From Campylobacterales bacterium (GTDB lineage: Bacteria; Campylobacterota; Campylobacteria; Campylobacterales; QNZT01), in the NCBI GenBank assembly GCA_016744895.1, contig JADGDK010000001.1, positions 39,463-103,462 on the forward strand: 64,000 nucleotides of DNA, in the 5' to 3' direction. How positions within the stretch are numbered: the first letter of the stretch is position 1; the number at the start of each line of letters is the position of its first letter. Positions 49,030-57,975 of the stretch are shown here, in pieces. The position numbers and the translations under genes were made by a program. Below the pieces are notes generated by a model. That model saw only the letters and a program-made list of their open reading frames with translations. It had not been told where the DNA came from and did not search any database.

Positions 49030-49324
49030 TAGTTAATAACTGACCTTATGCACAAATAGTAATTATGTAGTGATATCACTCTTGATAGCAATAGTATAGC
49101 AACAATCTATGAAAAACGATGGAAAGTTGAAGAGTTTTATAAATCACTAAAGTCAAATGTGGCTTTAGCTAAATCACAAACCAAGAGAGTAAGAACACAG
49201 AGCAATCACATATTTTTGGCTCTGCTATCTTTTTTTAAACTGGAGTGTTTAAAGATGAAACATCAGTTAAATCGCTTTTATGGAGTTGCAGAAATTGAAG
49301 AGTGCGTAAGGTCAGTTAATAACT
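49030..49324 (+). mobile_element. IS4-family element remnant (295 bp, internally deleted, inverted repeats retained)
   Basis: 24-nt terminal inverted repeats TAGTTAATAACTGACCTTATGCAC (49030-49053) and the reverse complement of 49301-49324 (22/24). The interior encodes only the transposase C-terminus ..IATIYEKRWKVEEFYKSLK.. (the Y-2-R-3-E-6-K signature). Confidence 0.7.
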
Positions 49325-49391
49325 ATTTAATAAAATCTTAAGACAGTGAGGGATAAAATAACACATAACTTACATCAAAAGGATAATTACC

Positions 49392-51668
49392 ATGAAAAAT
49401 ATATTATTAAGTTTCAGTTTAATAGCTTTACTGTTTTCAGGTTGTGGTGGTGGAGATACTGCTACTATTCCTAATCCTTCAGCCCAAGATATAGCTATAA
49501 AGAAGATAGCAAACTATGCAAAAAATAGTACAAATGCAAAACCAACTCTACAAGACTATATCGATGCAGGAGTAGGTGGAGTTGATGCAAGTAAGCTGGA
49601 TAAAGTTAATGAAACTGTAAAGGGTCTTACTTATGATAAAGTAGATACAAAACAAGAGATACAAGAGTTGATAGAGACTGTTGGTGTAACCTTGCCAAAC
49701 AAAGCCCCAGTAGCTACAGCACAAACTATCACTATGCTAGAAGATACTTCAAAAGCTATAGCACTATCAGCAACTGATTTAAATGGTGATGCTTTAACTT
49801 ATACCGTTATAACCCCACCAACACATGGAACTTTTACAAATGGAGTTTATACACCAACAGCTAACTACCACGGAAGTGACAGTTTTAGCTTCACGGCAAA
49901 CGATGGTACACTAACTTCAACACCTGCAACTGTATCTATCACGATAACAGATGTAGCAGATGTAAATACAGCTCCAGTAGCTACAGCACAAAGTGTAACA
50001 CTAGTCAAAGATACAACAAAAACCATTACACTAGCAGGAACAGATGCAGAGAGTGATACTCTAACTTTTACAGTAGTAACTCCTCCTGCACATGGAACAT
50101 TTGTAGGAACAACATACACACCAACACCAAACTACAACGGAAGTGATAGCTTTAGCTTCACAGCAAACGATGGTTCACTAACATCAGCTCCAGCAACTAT
50201 AACGATAACTATCACAGATGTAAATACAGCTCCAGTAGCTACAGCACAGAGTGTAACACTAGATGAAGATACAACAAAAACAATCACACTTTTGGGAACT
50301 GATGCAGATGGAGATACTCTAACTTATACACTCACAACAAACCCAACTCACGGAACATTTACAAATGGAGTTTACACACCAACACCAAACTACCACGGAA
50401 GTGACAGTTTTAGCTTCACAGCAAACGATGGTTCACTAACATCAGCTCCAGCAACGGTATCTATAACGATAAAAGATGTAGCAGAAAATCAAGCACCTAC
50501 AGTTTCACTAGAGATTAGTGAAACACTAAGAGTAGGTAGCCCTGTCACTATCACTGCAAATGCAACTGATAGTGATGGGCAAATTGCTTCATATGAGTTT
50601 AGTGGCGACATGATAGGGAATAGTAAATCAATCACAAAAACTTTTACAACAGCTGGTCAAAAAAGTGTCACTGTAACAATTACAGATAACGATGGAGCGA
50701 CTGCAACAGATACCTCCACTATAATAATAAGCGAGGCTACACTATCAAAAGTTAAAAGAACAGGACAACTATATAGTTATGACGAAGATGGCAATATAGT
50801 TACTGATGGAAGCATAAAAGATGATGGATATTATCAAGAAGGACTAGATAGAAGTTATATCAGAGATGATATAAAAGAGGTAGTTATAGACACTACAACA
50901 GGTTTGACATGGCAAGACAATGAAGATGCAAAAACAGTCAAAAAACCTTGGATTACTCAAGCTAACTATGATGCAGGAAATAGAGATGACACATCAGGTG
51001 ATACAGCTACTACCTATTGTAGCGACCTTGTTTTAGGAGGATATGGTAACTGGAAAGTGCCAACTATGAAAGAACTTTTAACTATTATAAATTATCAACC
51101 TAATGATGGATTGTCAATTAATGAAAGTTTTAAAAATGTATCGAATTCTTACTACCTCAGTTCAAATGATGCAGGAGGAAGTAATATTTGGATGATTAAC
51201 AGCAATGGTGGTAGTAGTGGAGATAGTTATAAAGATAACTATAGAAGTATTCGCTGTGTTAGATCAGATAACAATATAACTATATCTTCAAATTTCTCAA
51301 AAAATGGAAATATAGTTAAGGATAGTTCAACAGGACTTCAATGGCAAGATAACACTGATGCTGGAATCAATGGAAGTCAAAAAAATTGGCTTGAAGCTAT
51401 AGAGTATTGTGAGGCATTGTCTTTAGATGGAAAAAATGGTTGGAGGCTACCAAATATAAATGAACTTTTAACACTTGTGGATTATACTAAAAGAGAACCA
51501 TTTATGGATACCGATACTTTTGAAAATGTTGCTAGTCATCCATATTGGAGTTCCACTAGTTATGGTTATGAGCAGTTAGCTTTTTATGTCCAGATGAAAT
51601 TTGGTTTTCATGGATCTGGTGGTAAAGGCATGTACCATTTTGTTCGGTGTGTTAGAACTGGAGAGTAA
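49392..51668 (+). CDS. Surface lipoprotein: 3 tandem Ig/cadherin-like repeats, a PKD-like domain, 2 DUF1566 (Lcl C-terminal-like) domains
   Basis: 758 aa. Lipobox LLFSGC. Three ~83-92-aa repeats (APVATAQ..TYT..PTHGTF..YTPT.NY.GSDSFSFTANDG). PKD-like VTITANATDSDG..VTVTITDNDGA. Two TGLxWQDN..W(K/R)(V/L)P..EL modules. Confidence 0.8.
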   Translation: MKNILLSFSLIALLFSGCGGGDTATIPNPSAQDIAIKKIANYAKNSTNAKPTLQDYIDAGVGGVDASKLDKVNETVKGLTYDKVDTKQEIQELIETVGVTLPNKAPVATAQTITMLEDTSKAIALSATDLNGDALTYTVITPPTHGTFTNGVYTPTANYHGSDSFSFTANDGTLTSTPATVSITITDVADVNTAPVATAQSVTLVKDTTKTITLAGTDAESDTLTFTVVTPPAHGTFVGTTYTPTPNYNGSDSFSFTANDGSLTSAPATITITITDVNTAPVATAQSVTLDEDTTKTITLLGTDADGDTLTYTLTTNPTHGTFTNGVYTPTPNYHGSDSFSFTANDGSLTSAPATVSITIKDVAENQAPTVSLEISETLRVGSPVTITANATDSDGQIASYEFSGDMIGNSKSITKTFTTAGQKSVTVTITDNDGATATDTSTIIISEATLSKVKRTGQLYSYDEDGNIVTDGSIKDDGYYQEGLDRSYIRDDIKEVVIDTTTGLTWQDNEDAKTVKKPWITQANYDAGNRDDTSGDTATTYCSDLVLGGYGNWKVPTMKELLTIINYQPNDGLSINESFKNVSNSYYLSSNDAGGSNIWMINSNGGSSGDSYKDNYRSIRCVRSDNNITISSNFSKNGNIVKDSSTGLQWQDNTDAGINGSQKNWLEAIEYCEALSLDGKNGWRLPNINELLTLVDYTKREPFMDTDTFENVASHPYWSSTSYGYEQLAFYVQMKFGFHGSGGKGMYHFVRCVRTGE
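49698..50475 (+). repeat. Three near-identical in-frame tandem repeats (276, 249 and ~250 bp) inside the lipoprotein gene
   Basis: Long stretches recur almost verbatim in units 2 and 3, e.g. ...GGAAGTGA(C/T)AG(T/C)TTTAGCTTCACAGCAAACGATGGTTCACTAACATCAGCTCCAGCAAC... near 50140 and 50395. Unit 1 (near 49870) is a more diverged copy. Confidence 0.85.
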
Positions 51669-51708
51669 AAATGATATGAGCTACAAACCAATAACCAAGT
51701 ACTTTTTT

Positions 51709-51737
51709 TTGATAAATTTTGTTATATCTGATATAAT
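51709..51737 (+). promoter_or_regulatory. Consensus sigma70-type promoter with embedded palindrome, upstream of the TA pair
   Basis: TTGATA-N17-TATAAT (51709-51714 / 51732-51737). The spacer and -10 contain the dyad TTATATC-T-GATATAA. Confidence 0.65.
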
Positions 51738-51772
51738 AAACAGATGGGAAGAGCTTGACTGAAGGAGTTAAC

Positions 51773-51982
51773 ATGATGATAAATCTCAATATTAAAGATG
51801 AATACTTGGATAGCTTTTATAGGTATGTAGATAGTATGCCCAAAGGTGCTATTGTAATCCCCTCAGCACTTGATGATGAAATAGTTAAAAGAGTAGAGCA
51901 ATACAAAAAAGATAAATCTAAATCTGTACCATTTTCAAATGGGCTAAAAGAGCTAAGAAAAAAAGTTATAGTTAAAATATGA
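51773..51982 (+). CDS. Putative antitoxin of the ParE-like toxin (family not recognised)
   Basis: 69 aa from the ATG at 51773, with GGAG 6 nt upstream. 4-bp ATGA overlap with the toxin gene. No RHH or Phd motif that I can see. Confidence 0.55.
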   Translation: MMINLNIKDEYLDSFYRYVDSMPKGAIVIPSALDDEIVKRVEQYKKDKSKSVPFSNGLKELRKKVIVKI

Positions 51983-52269
51983 CTTTAGACAAGTTACCAA
52001 GATTTGATGATGAACTTGAAGAAATTATTCAGTTTATAGCAGAAGATAGTGTCAATAGAGCTTTGAGTTTTTATGATGAGTTGATTTTAAAAATAGAAAA
52101 TATACCTACTAACCCTTTGATATACAGAAAACGACAAAATACTGAAGATGAAAATATAAGAGAGCTGATATTTAAGGGGTATGTTATACCTTTTTATATT
52201 GATAAAGATAGTGATAAAATTGTAATTTTAGGTATCTTTAATCAAAATCTTTGGGATATGCCGTCTTAA
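51979..52269 (+). CDS. Type II toxin-antitoxin system RelE/ParE family toxin
   Basis: 96 aa. ..LEEIIQFIAEDSVNRALSFYDELILKIENIPTNPLIY..IRELIFKGYVIPFYIDKDSDKIVILGIFNQN follows the ParE pattern. Confidence 0.7.
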   Translation: MTLDKLPRFDDELEEIIQFIAEDSVNRALSFYDELILKIENIPTNPLIYRKRQNTEDENIRELIFKGYVIPFYIDKDSDKIVILGIFNQNLWDMPS

Positions 52270-52479
52270 TAAGCATACCAATTTCATAAATATGATACTG
52301 TTATAGTTATAGGTCGCTGCCTGATTCCGTTGTTTACTTCTTCTGTATTTATCATCAATTTTTAGAATAAATTCAATATATTTAAGTTTTATAATTTAAT
52401 CCAATATTTTATTAAATATTAAGTTTTAGATAAGTTCAAAATGATACCATAAATTATATTACAAAATATTTCTATAAAA

Positions 52480-52518
52480 CGCCAATTCAAAAAATAAGTG
52501 CAATTTTTTGAATTGGCG
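52480..52518 (+). promoter_or_regulatory. Perfect 16-bp inverted repeat in the leader of the large surface-protein gene
   Basis: CGCCAATTCAAAAAAT-AAGTGCA-ATTTTTTGAATTGGCG, ending 21 nt before the ATG at 52540 and just upstream of the AGGTGG RBS. Confidence 0.6.
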
Positions 52519-52539
52519 AAACATGATAGGTGGTATTGT

Positions 52540-55500
52540 ATGAAAAAGATAATTATTTTAACATTTTATTTTTCAGTTTTATTTTCAACTAGTGCTTATG
52601 CAAAAATTAAATTGATTAATCCAGTTACAGATGTTCCAAAGTATACTCATCTTCAAAAACAAATGTATCAGTCCTATATATATGGAGTTGCACCATTATT
52701 CTTAGCACAAAATGCAGTTATGTCTGATAGGCTGAGAAAGGCGGATTCAGATTTTAGAGGTGCAAATGAGCGATTAACAGAACTAAGAGAACAAATTAAT
52801 GATACCTTAGATTATATTGGTGCTGCTAATAGTGGGGTGGAAAATGGAATTGCTATAGGACTATTAAATGTCGGAGAAATGCAACTTATAAATTCCATAA
52901 AAGACAAAGAAAATATAAATCCAGAAGCTATAGAATTAATCACGATGTCATTTGATTCATTAAAATCTGTGGATAGTTGTAGAAATTTTGATATCATTGA
53001 TTGTGTTCTTGGAGGTGGAAAAACTGTTTCTGGTGCAGGTATAAATGTTGCTAAATTAGGAAGATTATTTTATTTCATGTGGAATTCAAATAATTATATT
53101 GATAAACTAAATTCATATAGAATTGCTGAAGCTTATATTCATCTTGGAATTCAGATTTCAAGACAAGGACAAACTAATTTTTTATCTATTAGTGATTATA
53201 CAATTAAAAGTATAGCAAAAGATTTAGAAATTGAAAAATATGATAATAATGAGGCTAAAGAGAATATGATTCTTTATAGGGATATTATACTTAGCACTTA
53301 TAAAGATAAAGATGGAAAAATTTTTGATAATACTCAAATTTCAACAAATTATAATCCAAATAAACCTTCATTAACAATTGTTGATGGTGTTAATGATACA
53401 TCTTTAACGCCATCATTTAGAGCATTCAATTTCAATGATCCTGATGAAGGAGACACCCATGCAAAAACTTGGTGGGGTATTATTGAGATTGGGAAAGGTT
53501 ATATAAATAATTTTGAGCAGGTATGGAGTAGTAAAAATAAAAACTCAATTCAAGTTCCTGAGGGTATATTGAAAAAAGGAAAAGAATATAAGGCTGTTGT
53601 AGCTTTTAAAGATAATCATGACAACTATTCTAATGGTCGATTTGTTTGGTTTAAAACAAAAGATGACTCTAATAATCCTCCTGAAAGACCAAAACTTGAA
53701 GTTATAGATGGTACAAGTAATGTATCTTTATTGCCAACATTTAAAGCTTCAGGCTATAGTGATGAAGAAAATGATGAACATTATATGACTTGGTGGGGTA
53801 TCAGAAAATATGGTACTACTCATTGGATTTTTATGCCTGGCTGGAGTGAAAATAATAAATATAATATTAAGCTAACAGAGGAAGATAAGTTAGATGCAGG
53901 TGTTAAATATGAAGTTGCCGTAGCCTTTAAAGATAAAAAAGGTCATTCTCCATCTATGAAGGTTGCATTTACTACTATACAGAATGCCAATAAAAAACCA
54001 AATCTAGATATGTATGACTACAGATATGATCAAGACTCTACAAGTAAAAGTGATGGTGATGGAAAAGTTGAAAATGGTGAGAGTGTTACTTTTGATATAA
54101 AACTAAAAAATAAAGGTGATGCCGAAGCAAATGATGTTAAAGTTGTAATGGATACGGAGTCTGAATGTGTAAGTAGAGTTCATATGTCAAAAGATTATGG
54201 AAATATTTCAGCTAATAAAATAACTGACTATAGTGGAATGGAATTTTCTTTTGATGATTGTGCAAAAAATGAAAAAATTACCTTTGATATAAAAATAACT
54301 GCAAATGGTGGATATGAATGGCATGATAGCCTTGCAGTAAGAGTTGTTGATGATAGAGAGCCATCAAATATAGAATTTGTTTCATTTAAAATCAATGATG
54401 ATAATGAGCGAAGTAGTGCAGGAAATAGTGATGGAAAGGCAAATTTAGGGGAAACTTTAGAGATATATCCAACTATTAGAAATCTTGGAGATATAAAAGC
54501 AGAAAATATAAAAGCATATTTAACAAGCAATGATGAATGTGTTGAAATTCTTACTAGAGATTATATAAGATGGAATGATTTAGATTCTAAAGAGATTAAA
54601 GAAGGTGGTGAATACAATAAAGATTCTAGCAGAAGGTTTATTGTTAGAATAAAGCCTCATTGTGCCATAGGACATAGGATTAATTTTGATGTAAAAATAA
54701 CATCTGATGGTGAGAATGAATGGTACGATACTTTTAACATTAAAGTATATGAAATGCCTACAGATTTTGAACTTTCAATAATTGATTATAATGTGACTGA
54801 TGATAGATGTCTAGATAGTTTGGGATTTTGGCATGAAGTAGAAGGTGCTGTTAATCCTTGTGATGAAATAGATATTGATATAAAGCTTAAAAATACATCA
54901 AATAAAAAATATGGAAAAATTGAAGGAACAGTAGAAACATATGATGATAGTTGTGTGAATATGACAGATGAAACACGATGGTATGATGTAAATGCTAGTA
55001 GTGATATATGGTCAGATTCAAAAAAAGATATAGACTTTACTGTCACAAAAGAATGTCAGATTGGTCATATGATTGAATTTTATGTTACTTTTGAAACAGA
55101 TTTAGGAGTTTGGACTGATAGCTTTAAAATTCCTGTTGAAAAATATAATATTACTCCAGATTTAACAATCAAATATATAAAACCATATGAGTTAAAGTTT
55201 GATGAAGGTAAAAGTATTGAGTTTGAGGTAAATGTAAAAAATGATGGTGATAGAGTAGTAAATAATTCTGTTCAAGTAGAACTAGGAATATCTAATGAAC
55301 CAAGCTGTACTGCTAGTTTATCTTTGATTGAAAATATAACTGTTCCTGCATTAGGTGATAATAATAGTGAAGAAAAAACTTTTTCTTTGCAAGCAAAAAA
55401 AGAGTGGGATGGAAAATATATTATCGCAAAAGTAGTAGCTATAGCTGGGGAAGTTAATCTTGAAAATAATTGTTATATAGGTAATAAAATAACTGTAATA

Positions 55501-56205
55501 GGCTTAGCTGTAGATACAGATATTAATACGGATCCTGATGATATAGATGTAGATAGTGACAATGACGGCATCAGTGACACAGATGAGATAAACTATGGTT
55601 TTGATCCACTAGATCCAAATGATGCAACACAAGACAAAGATAAAGATGGCATCAGCAATAAGGATGAGATTCTTGCAGGAACAGATCCAAATACATCCAA
55701 TGAATTACCAAAAGAGACGGCAAAGATACCTTTGCTGAAAGGATTTAACTTTGTGTCATTACCTATGAATGGACAAGTTTTTACAAATACCTTTAATGAC
55801 AGTATTGTAAGAGTAGTTACATTTGATACAGATAAAAATTTGATACAGTGGAAAAAATCTGCTTTGGTAAATAACTTAACAGTACTTGTGCCATATAAAG
55901 GTTATTTTGTAGAAACAACTAAAGATACATCTATAACATATGAAGCTGTACCTTTTGGTAATGATGAAAATGAAGAGTCTAATCTTGTAGTAGGTAAGTG
56001 GAATATATCTGGTTCAGAAAATATAACAATTGAAGATGTTAAATATGTGCTTGAACATAGTAATGATGTTAATATAGTTTATGTCTATAGAAATGGTGGT
56101 TATAAAGCTATAGCCAAAGACCCAAAAATCAATGAAGAGCTAAAAAAAGCTGGTATATTGCTAACTGACGATATAAAAGCTACAGAAGCTGTATTAGCAA
56201 GGTAA
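52540..56205 (+). CDS. Large secreted multi-repeat surface protein (unknown N-domain, 2 novel ~105-aa repeats, CARDB-like repeats, thrombospondin type-3 Ca-binding repeats)
   Basis: 1221 aa from the ATG at 52540 (AGGTGG RBS). Signal peptide ..STSAYA. Repeats share TWWGI and AV(V)AFKD motifs. CARDB-like NGESVTFDIKLKNKGDAEAN and SIEFEVNVKNDGDRVVN. DxDxDGxxDxxE runs at DSDNDGISDTDE and DKDKDGISNKDE. Confidence 0.8.
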   Translation: MKKIIILTFYFSVLFSTSAYAKIKLINPVTDVPKYTHLQKQMYQSYIYGVAPLFLAQNAVMSDRLRKADSDFRGANERLTELREQINDTLDYIGAANSGVENGIAIGLLNVGEMQLINSIKDKENINPEAIELITMSFDSLKSVDSCRNFDIIDCVLGGGKTVSGAGINVAKLGRLFYFMWNSNNYIDKLNSYRIAEAYIHLGIQISRQGQTNFLSISDYTIKSIAKDLEIEKYDNNEAKENMILYRDIILSTYKDKDGKIFDNTQISTNYNPNKPSLTIVDGVNDTSLTPSFRAFNFNDPDEGDTHAKTWWGIIEIGKGYINNFEQVWSSKNKNSIQVPEGILKKGKEYKAVVAFKDNHDNYSNGRFVWFKTKDDSNNPPERPKLEVIDGTSNVSLLPTFKASGYSDEENDEHYMTWWGIRKYGTTHWIFMPGWSENNKYNIKLTEEDKLDAGVKYEVAVAFKDKKGHSPSMKVAFTTIQNANKKPNLDMYDYRYDQDSTSKSDGDGKVENGESVTFDIKLKNKGDAEANDVKVVMDTESECVSRVHMSKDYGNISANKITDYSGMEFSFDDCAKNEKITFDIKITANGGYEWHDSLAVRVVDDREPSNIEFVSFKINDDNERSSAGNSDGKANLGETLEIYPTIRNLGDIKAENIKAYLTSNDECVEILTRDYIRWNDLDSKEIKEGGEYNKDSSRRFIVRIKPHCAIGHRINFDVKITSDGENEWYDTFNIKVYEMPTDFELSIIDYNVTDDRCLDSLGFWHEVEGAVNPCDEIDIDIKLKNTSNKKYGKIEGTVETYDDSCVNMTDETRWYDVNASSDIWSDSKKDIDFTVTKECQIGHMIEFYVTFETDLGVWTDSFKIPVEKYNITPDLTIKYIKPYELKFDEGKSIEFEVNVKNDGDRVVNNSVQVELGISNEPSCTASLSLIENITVPALGDNNSEEKTFSLQAKKEWDGKYIIAKVVAIAGEVNLENNCYIGNKITVIGLAVDTDINTDPDDIDVDSDNDGISDTDEINYGFDPLDPNDATQDKDKDGISNKDEILAGTDPNTSNELPKETAKIPLLKGFNFVSLPMNGQVFTNTFNDSIVRVVTFDTDKNLIQWKKSALVNNLTVLVPYKGYFVETTKDTSITYEAVPFGNDENEESNLVVGKWNISGSENITIEDVKYVLEHSNDVNIVYVYRNGGYKAIAKDPKINEELKKAGILLTDDIKATEAVLAR

Positions 56206-56215
56206 GGAGAAAGAG

Positions 56216-56749
56216 ATGAATAAAATATTGAGAAGTTTACTTGTGCTGTTTATGATGCTATCACTTACTGCTTGTGGTGGTGGAGGAAGTAGTGAAGAGC
56301 CTAAAAATAATAACTATAACCCACAAGAAAAAGAAGACCCTATTGAAACTAAAGATAGTGATAAAGATAAAGAAGAACCAACAAAATCTGCAACTAATGA
56401 TAATAAGTTCTACAAAGTATCAACTTTATCAAAAACTATCAGAGTAAATGGAAAAGAGTACAATGTTATACCATATGTAAACAATGAAAACATACCAAAT
56501 ACAGAACAAAACACTATAATCGACTTTGCTCTTATGGGTAAATCTTTCTCTATAAAAGTACCAGATGGTTTAAAAGGCAAGAAAATTTATTTTATAATCA
56601 AAGATACTAAGGGTGTGATAATGGGGCAAACAAAAGAAATTGAAATTGCTAATAATCTAAAAATAGCAAACATGCCCATTGAAGAGGTTGATGATTTACG
56701 ACCATCTTTTTTAGAGGAACATGGGTTGCCTACTCCACCTGTGTTTTAG
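56216..56749 (+). CDS. Lipoprotein, function unknown
   Basis: 177 aa. Lipobox LSLTAC followed by GGGGS and an acidic low-complexity linker. GGAG RBS 10 bp after the upstream stop. Confidence 0.7.
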   Translation: MNKILRSLLVLFMMLSLTACGGGGSSEEPKNNNYNPQEKEDPIETKDSDKDKEEPTKSATNDNKFYKVSTLSKTIRVNGKEYNVIPYVNNENIPNTEQNTIIDFALMGKSFSIKVPDGLKGKKIYFIIKDTKGVIMGQTKEIEIANNLKIANMPIEEVDDLRPSFLEEHGLPTPPVF

Positions 56750-56798
56750 TAATGAACTACCTCGACCCAAAAACTATAATAGCAATATCATACCGGTT

Positions 56799-57321
56799 GG
56801 GAGTGTACTAAAATCTGTGTCAACACCATTTCCTCCACTCTTCAAGCATTGGTATTAACTTATCAGTAACAGCTGTTATAGTACTTTTAGAGAAGCTTAC
56901 ACTATAGATATTCTCTATATGATCTGAAATTTGTGAGTAGCTATTTCCAAGTGAAAAGAGAGATAACATTTTGCCCTCTATCTCATCTGACATGTGTGTC
57001 TGATTCTTTTTGACTAATTCAGGCTCGAATGAACCACTTCTATCTCTTGGAGTTTCTAATTCAAAAGTACCACTACTGCTTTTCATAGTTTTAGTAGTCG
57101 TACCATTTTTCCTATTTCGATTTAAGTCTTGGGATAAGTGGCTCTCAAGCTCCACTTGAAGAGCTAACTCTATGAGTTGTTTTATAAGACTCCATCTTTT
57201 CCTGATATGCCTTTACCATCTTTAAGTGCTTTGGCAAACTCCTCTACATCTATCTCGTACTTTATCGTATTCTCCTGTATCAATTATCTTATCTAATTGA
57301 CACAGAATTTTGAACACTCCC
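56799..57321 (-). mobile_element. IS256-family deletion derivative (523 bp) with 25-nt inverted repeats and 8-bp target-site duplication
   Basis: IRs GGGAGTGTACTAAAATCTGTGTCAA (56799-56823) versus the reverse complement of 57297-57321 (22/25). TSD TACCGGTT at 56791-56798 and 57322-57329. Encodes only the transposase N-terminus (..LIKQLIELALQVELESHL..ELETPRDRSGSFEPELVKK..SFSKSTIT..) with a frameshift near 57180. Confidence 0.8.
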
Positions 57322-57348
57322 TACCGGTTGATTCCGGTCCTCGGTACT
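57322..57348 (+). repeat. attR-like copy of the tRNA-Leu 3' end
   Basis: TACCGGTTGATTCCGGTCCTCGGTACT, equal to 47978-48005 minus one C. Its first 8 nt also form the IS256 target duplication. Confidence 0.8.
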
Positions 57349-57402
57349 GACACTTTGAGAAGCTCTTAAGATTAAGCTTCTCAGAGAATTTAAAAAACTC
57401 AT

Positions 57403-57837
57403 CTACTCTATATCTACCAAAGCCTTATTCCTCGGCATCTCTTTAAGTGTATCAAAGACAGTATCTACAAGTATTGAGACATCGATAGGCTTGTAAAGAT
57501 ATGTATAAATACCTATATCTTCACTCTTTTTCATAAATCCTATCTCATTATGTGCAGAAATGATAATAATTTCTATATTTGGATCTATTTTTTTCATTTT
57601 AGATGCCATGGTAATCCCATCCATCTTTGGCATATTAATATCAGTAATCACTAGACCAATATCATTTTCTTCAAATAATTTTAACCCAGCTTCACCATCA
57701 ACTCCAACATGGAAGTTTTTAAAAAATTTCTTTAAAATAGCACTCGTTGCATCTCTAACATTTTCATTATCTTCTACGTATAAGACTTCAATTTTTATAT
57801 CTAATGATACTAACTCTAAAATTTTATTTTTATCCAT
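57403..57837 (-). CDS. Single-domain CheY-like response regulator
   Basis: 144 aa from the ATG at 57837 (AGGA RBS). LYVEDNE..LVITDINMPKMDG..IIISAH..YLYKPID are canonical receiver residues. The track ORF adds 29 unlikely codons. Confidence 0.85.
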   Translation of the reverse strand: MDKNKILELVSLDIKIEVLYVEDNENVRDATSAILKKFFKNFHVGVDGEAGLKLFEENDIGLVITDINMPKMDGITMASKMKKIDPNIEIIIISAHNEIGFMKKSEDIGIYTYLYKPIDVSILVDTVFDTLKEMPRNKALVDIE

Positions 57838-57975
57838 CGTATTTCCTAATTCTCTTTTCACTTTGGTCGTAAAATAAAGCCCAAAAATATTATGCATGCA
57901 TATCGACATATATAACAATATCATTATTTTGCAAGATGTGATATAATAAAAGTAAAATATTTTTTAAGGACTTTT

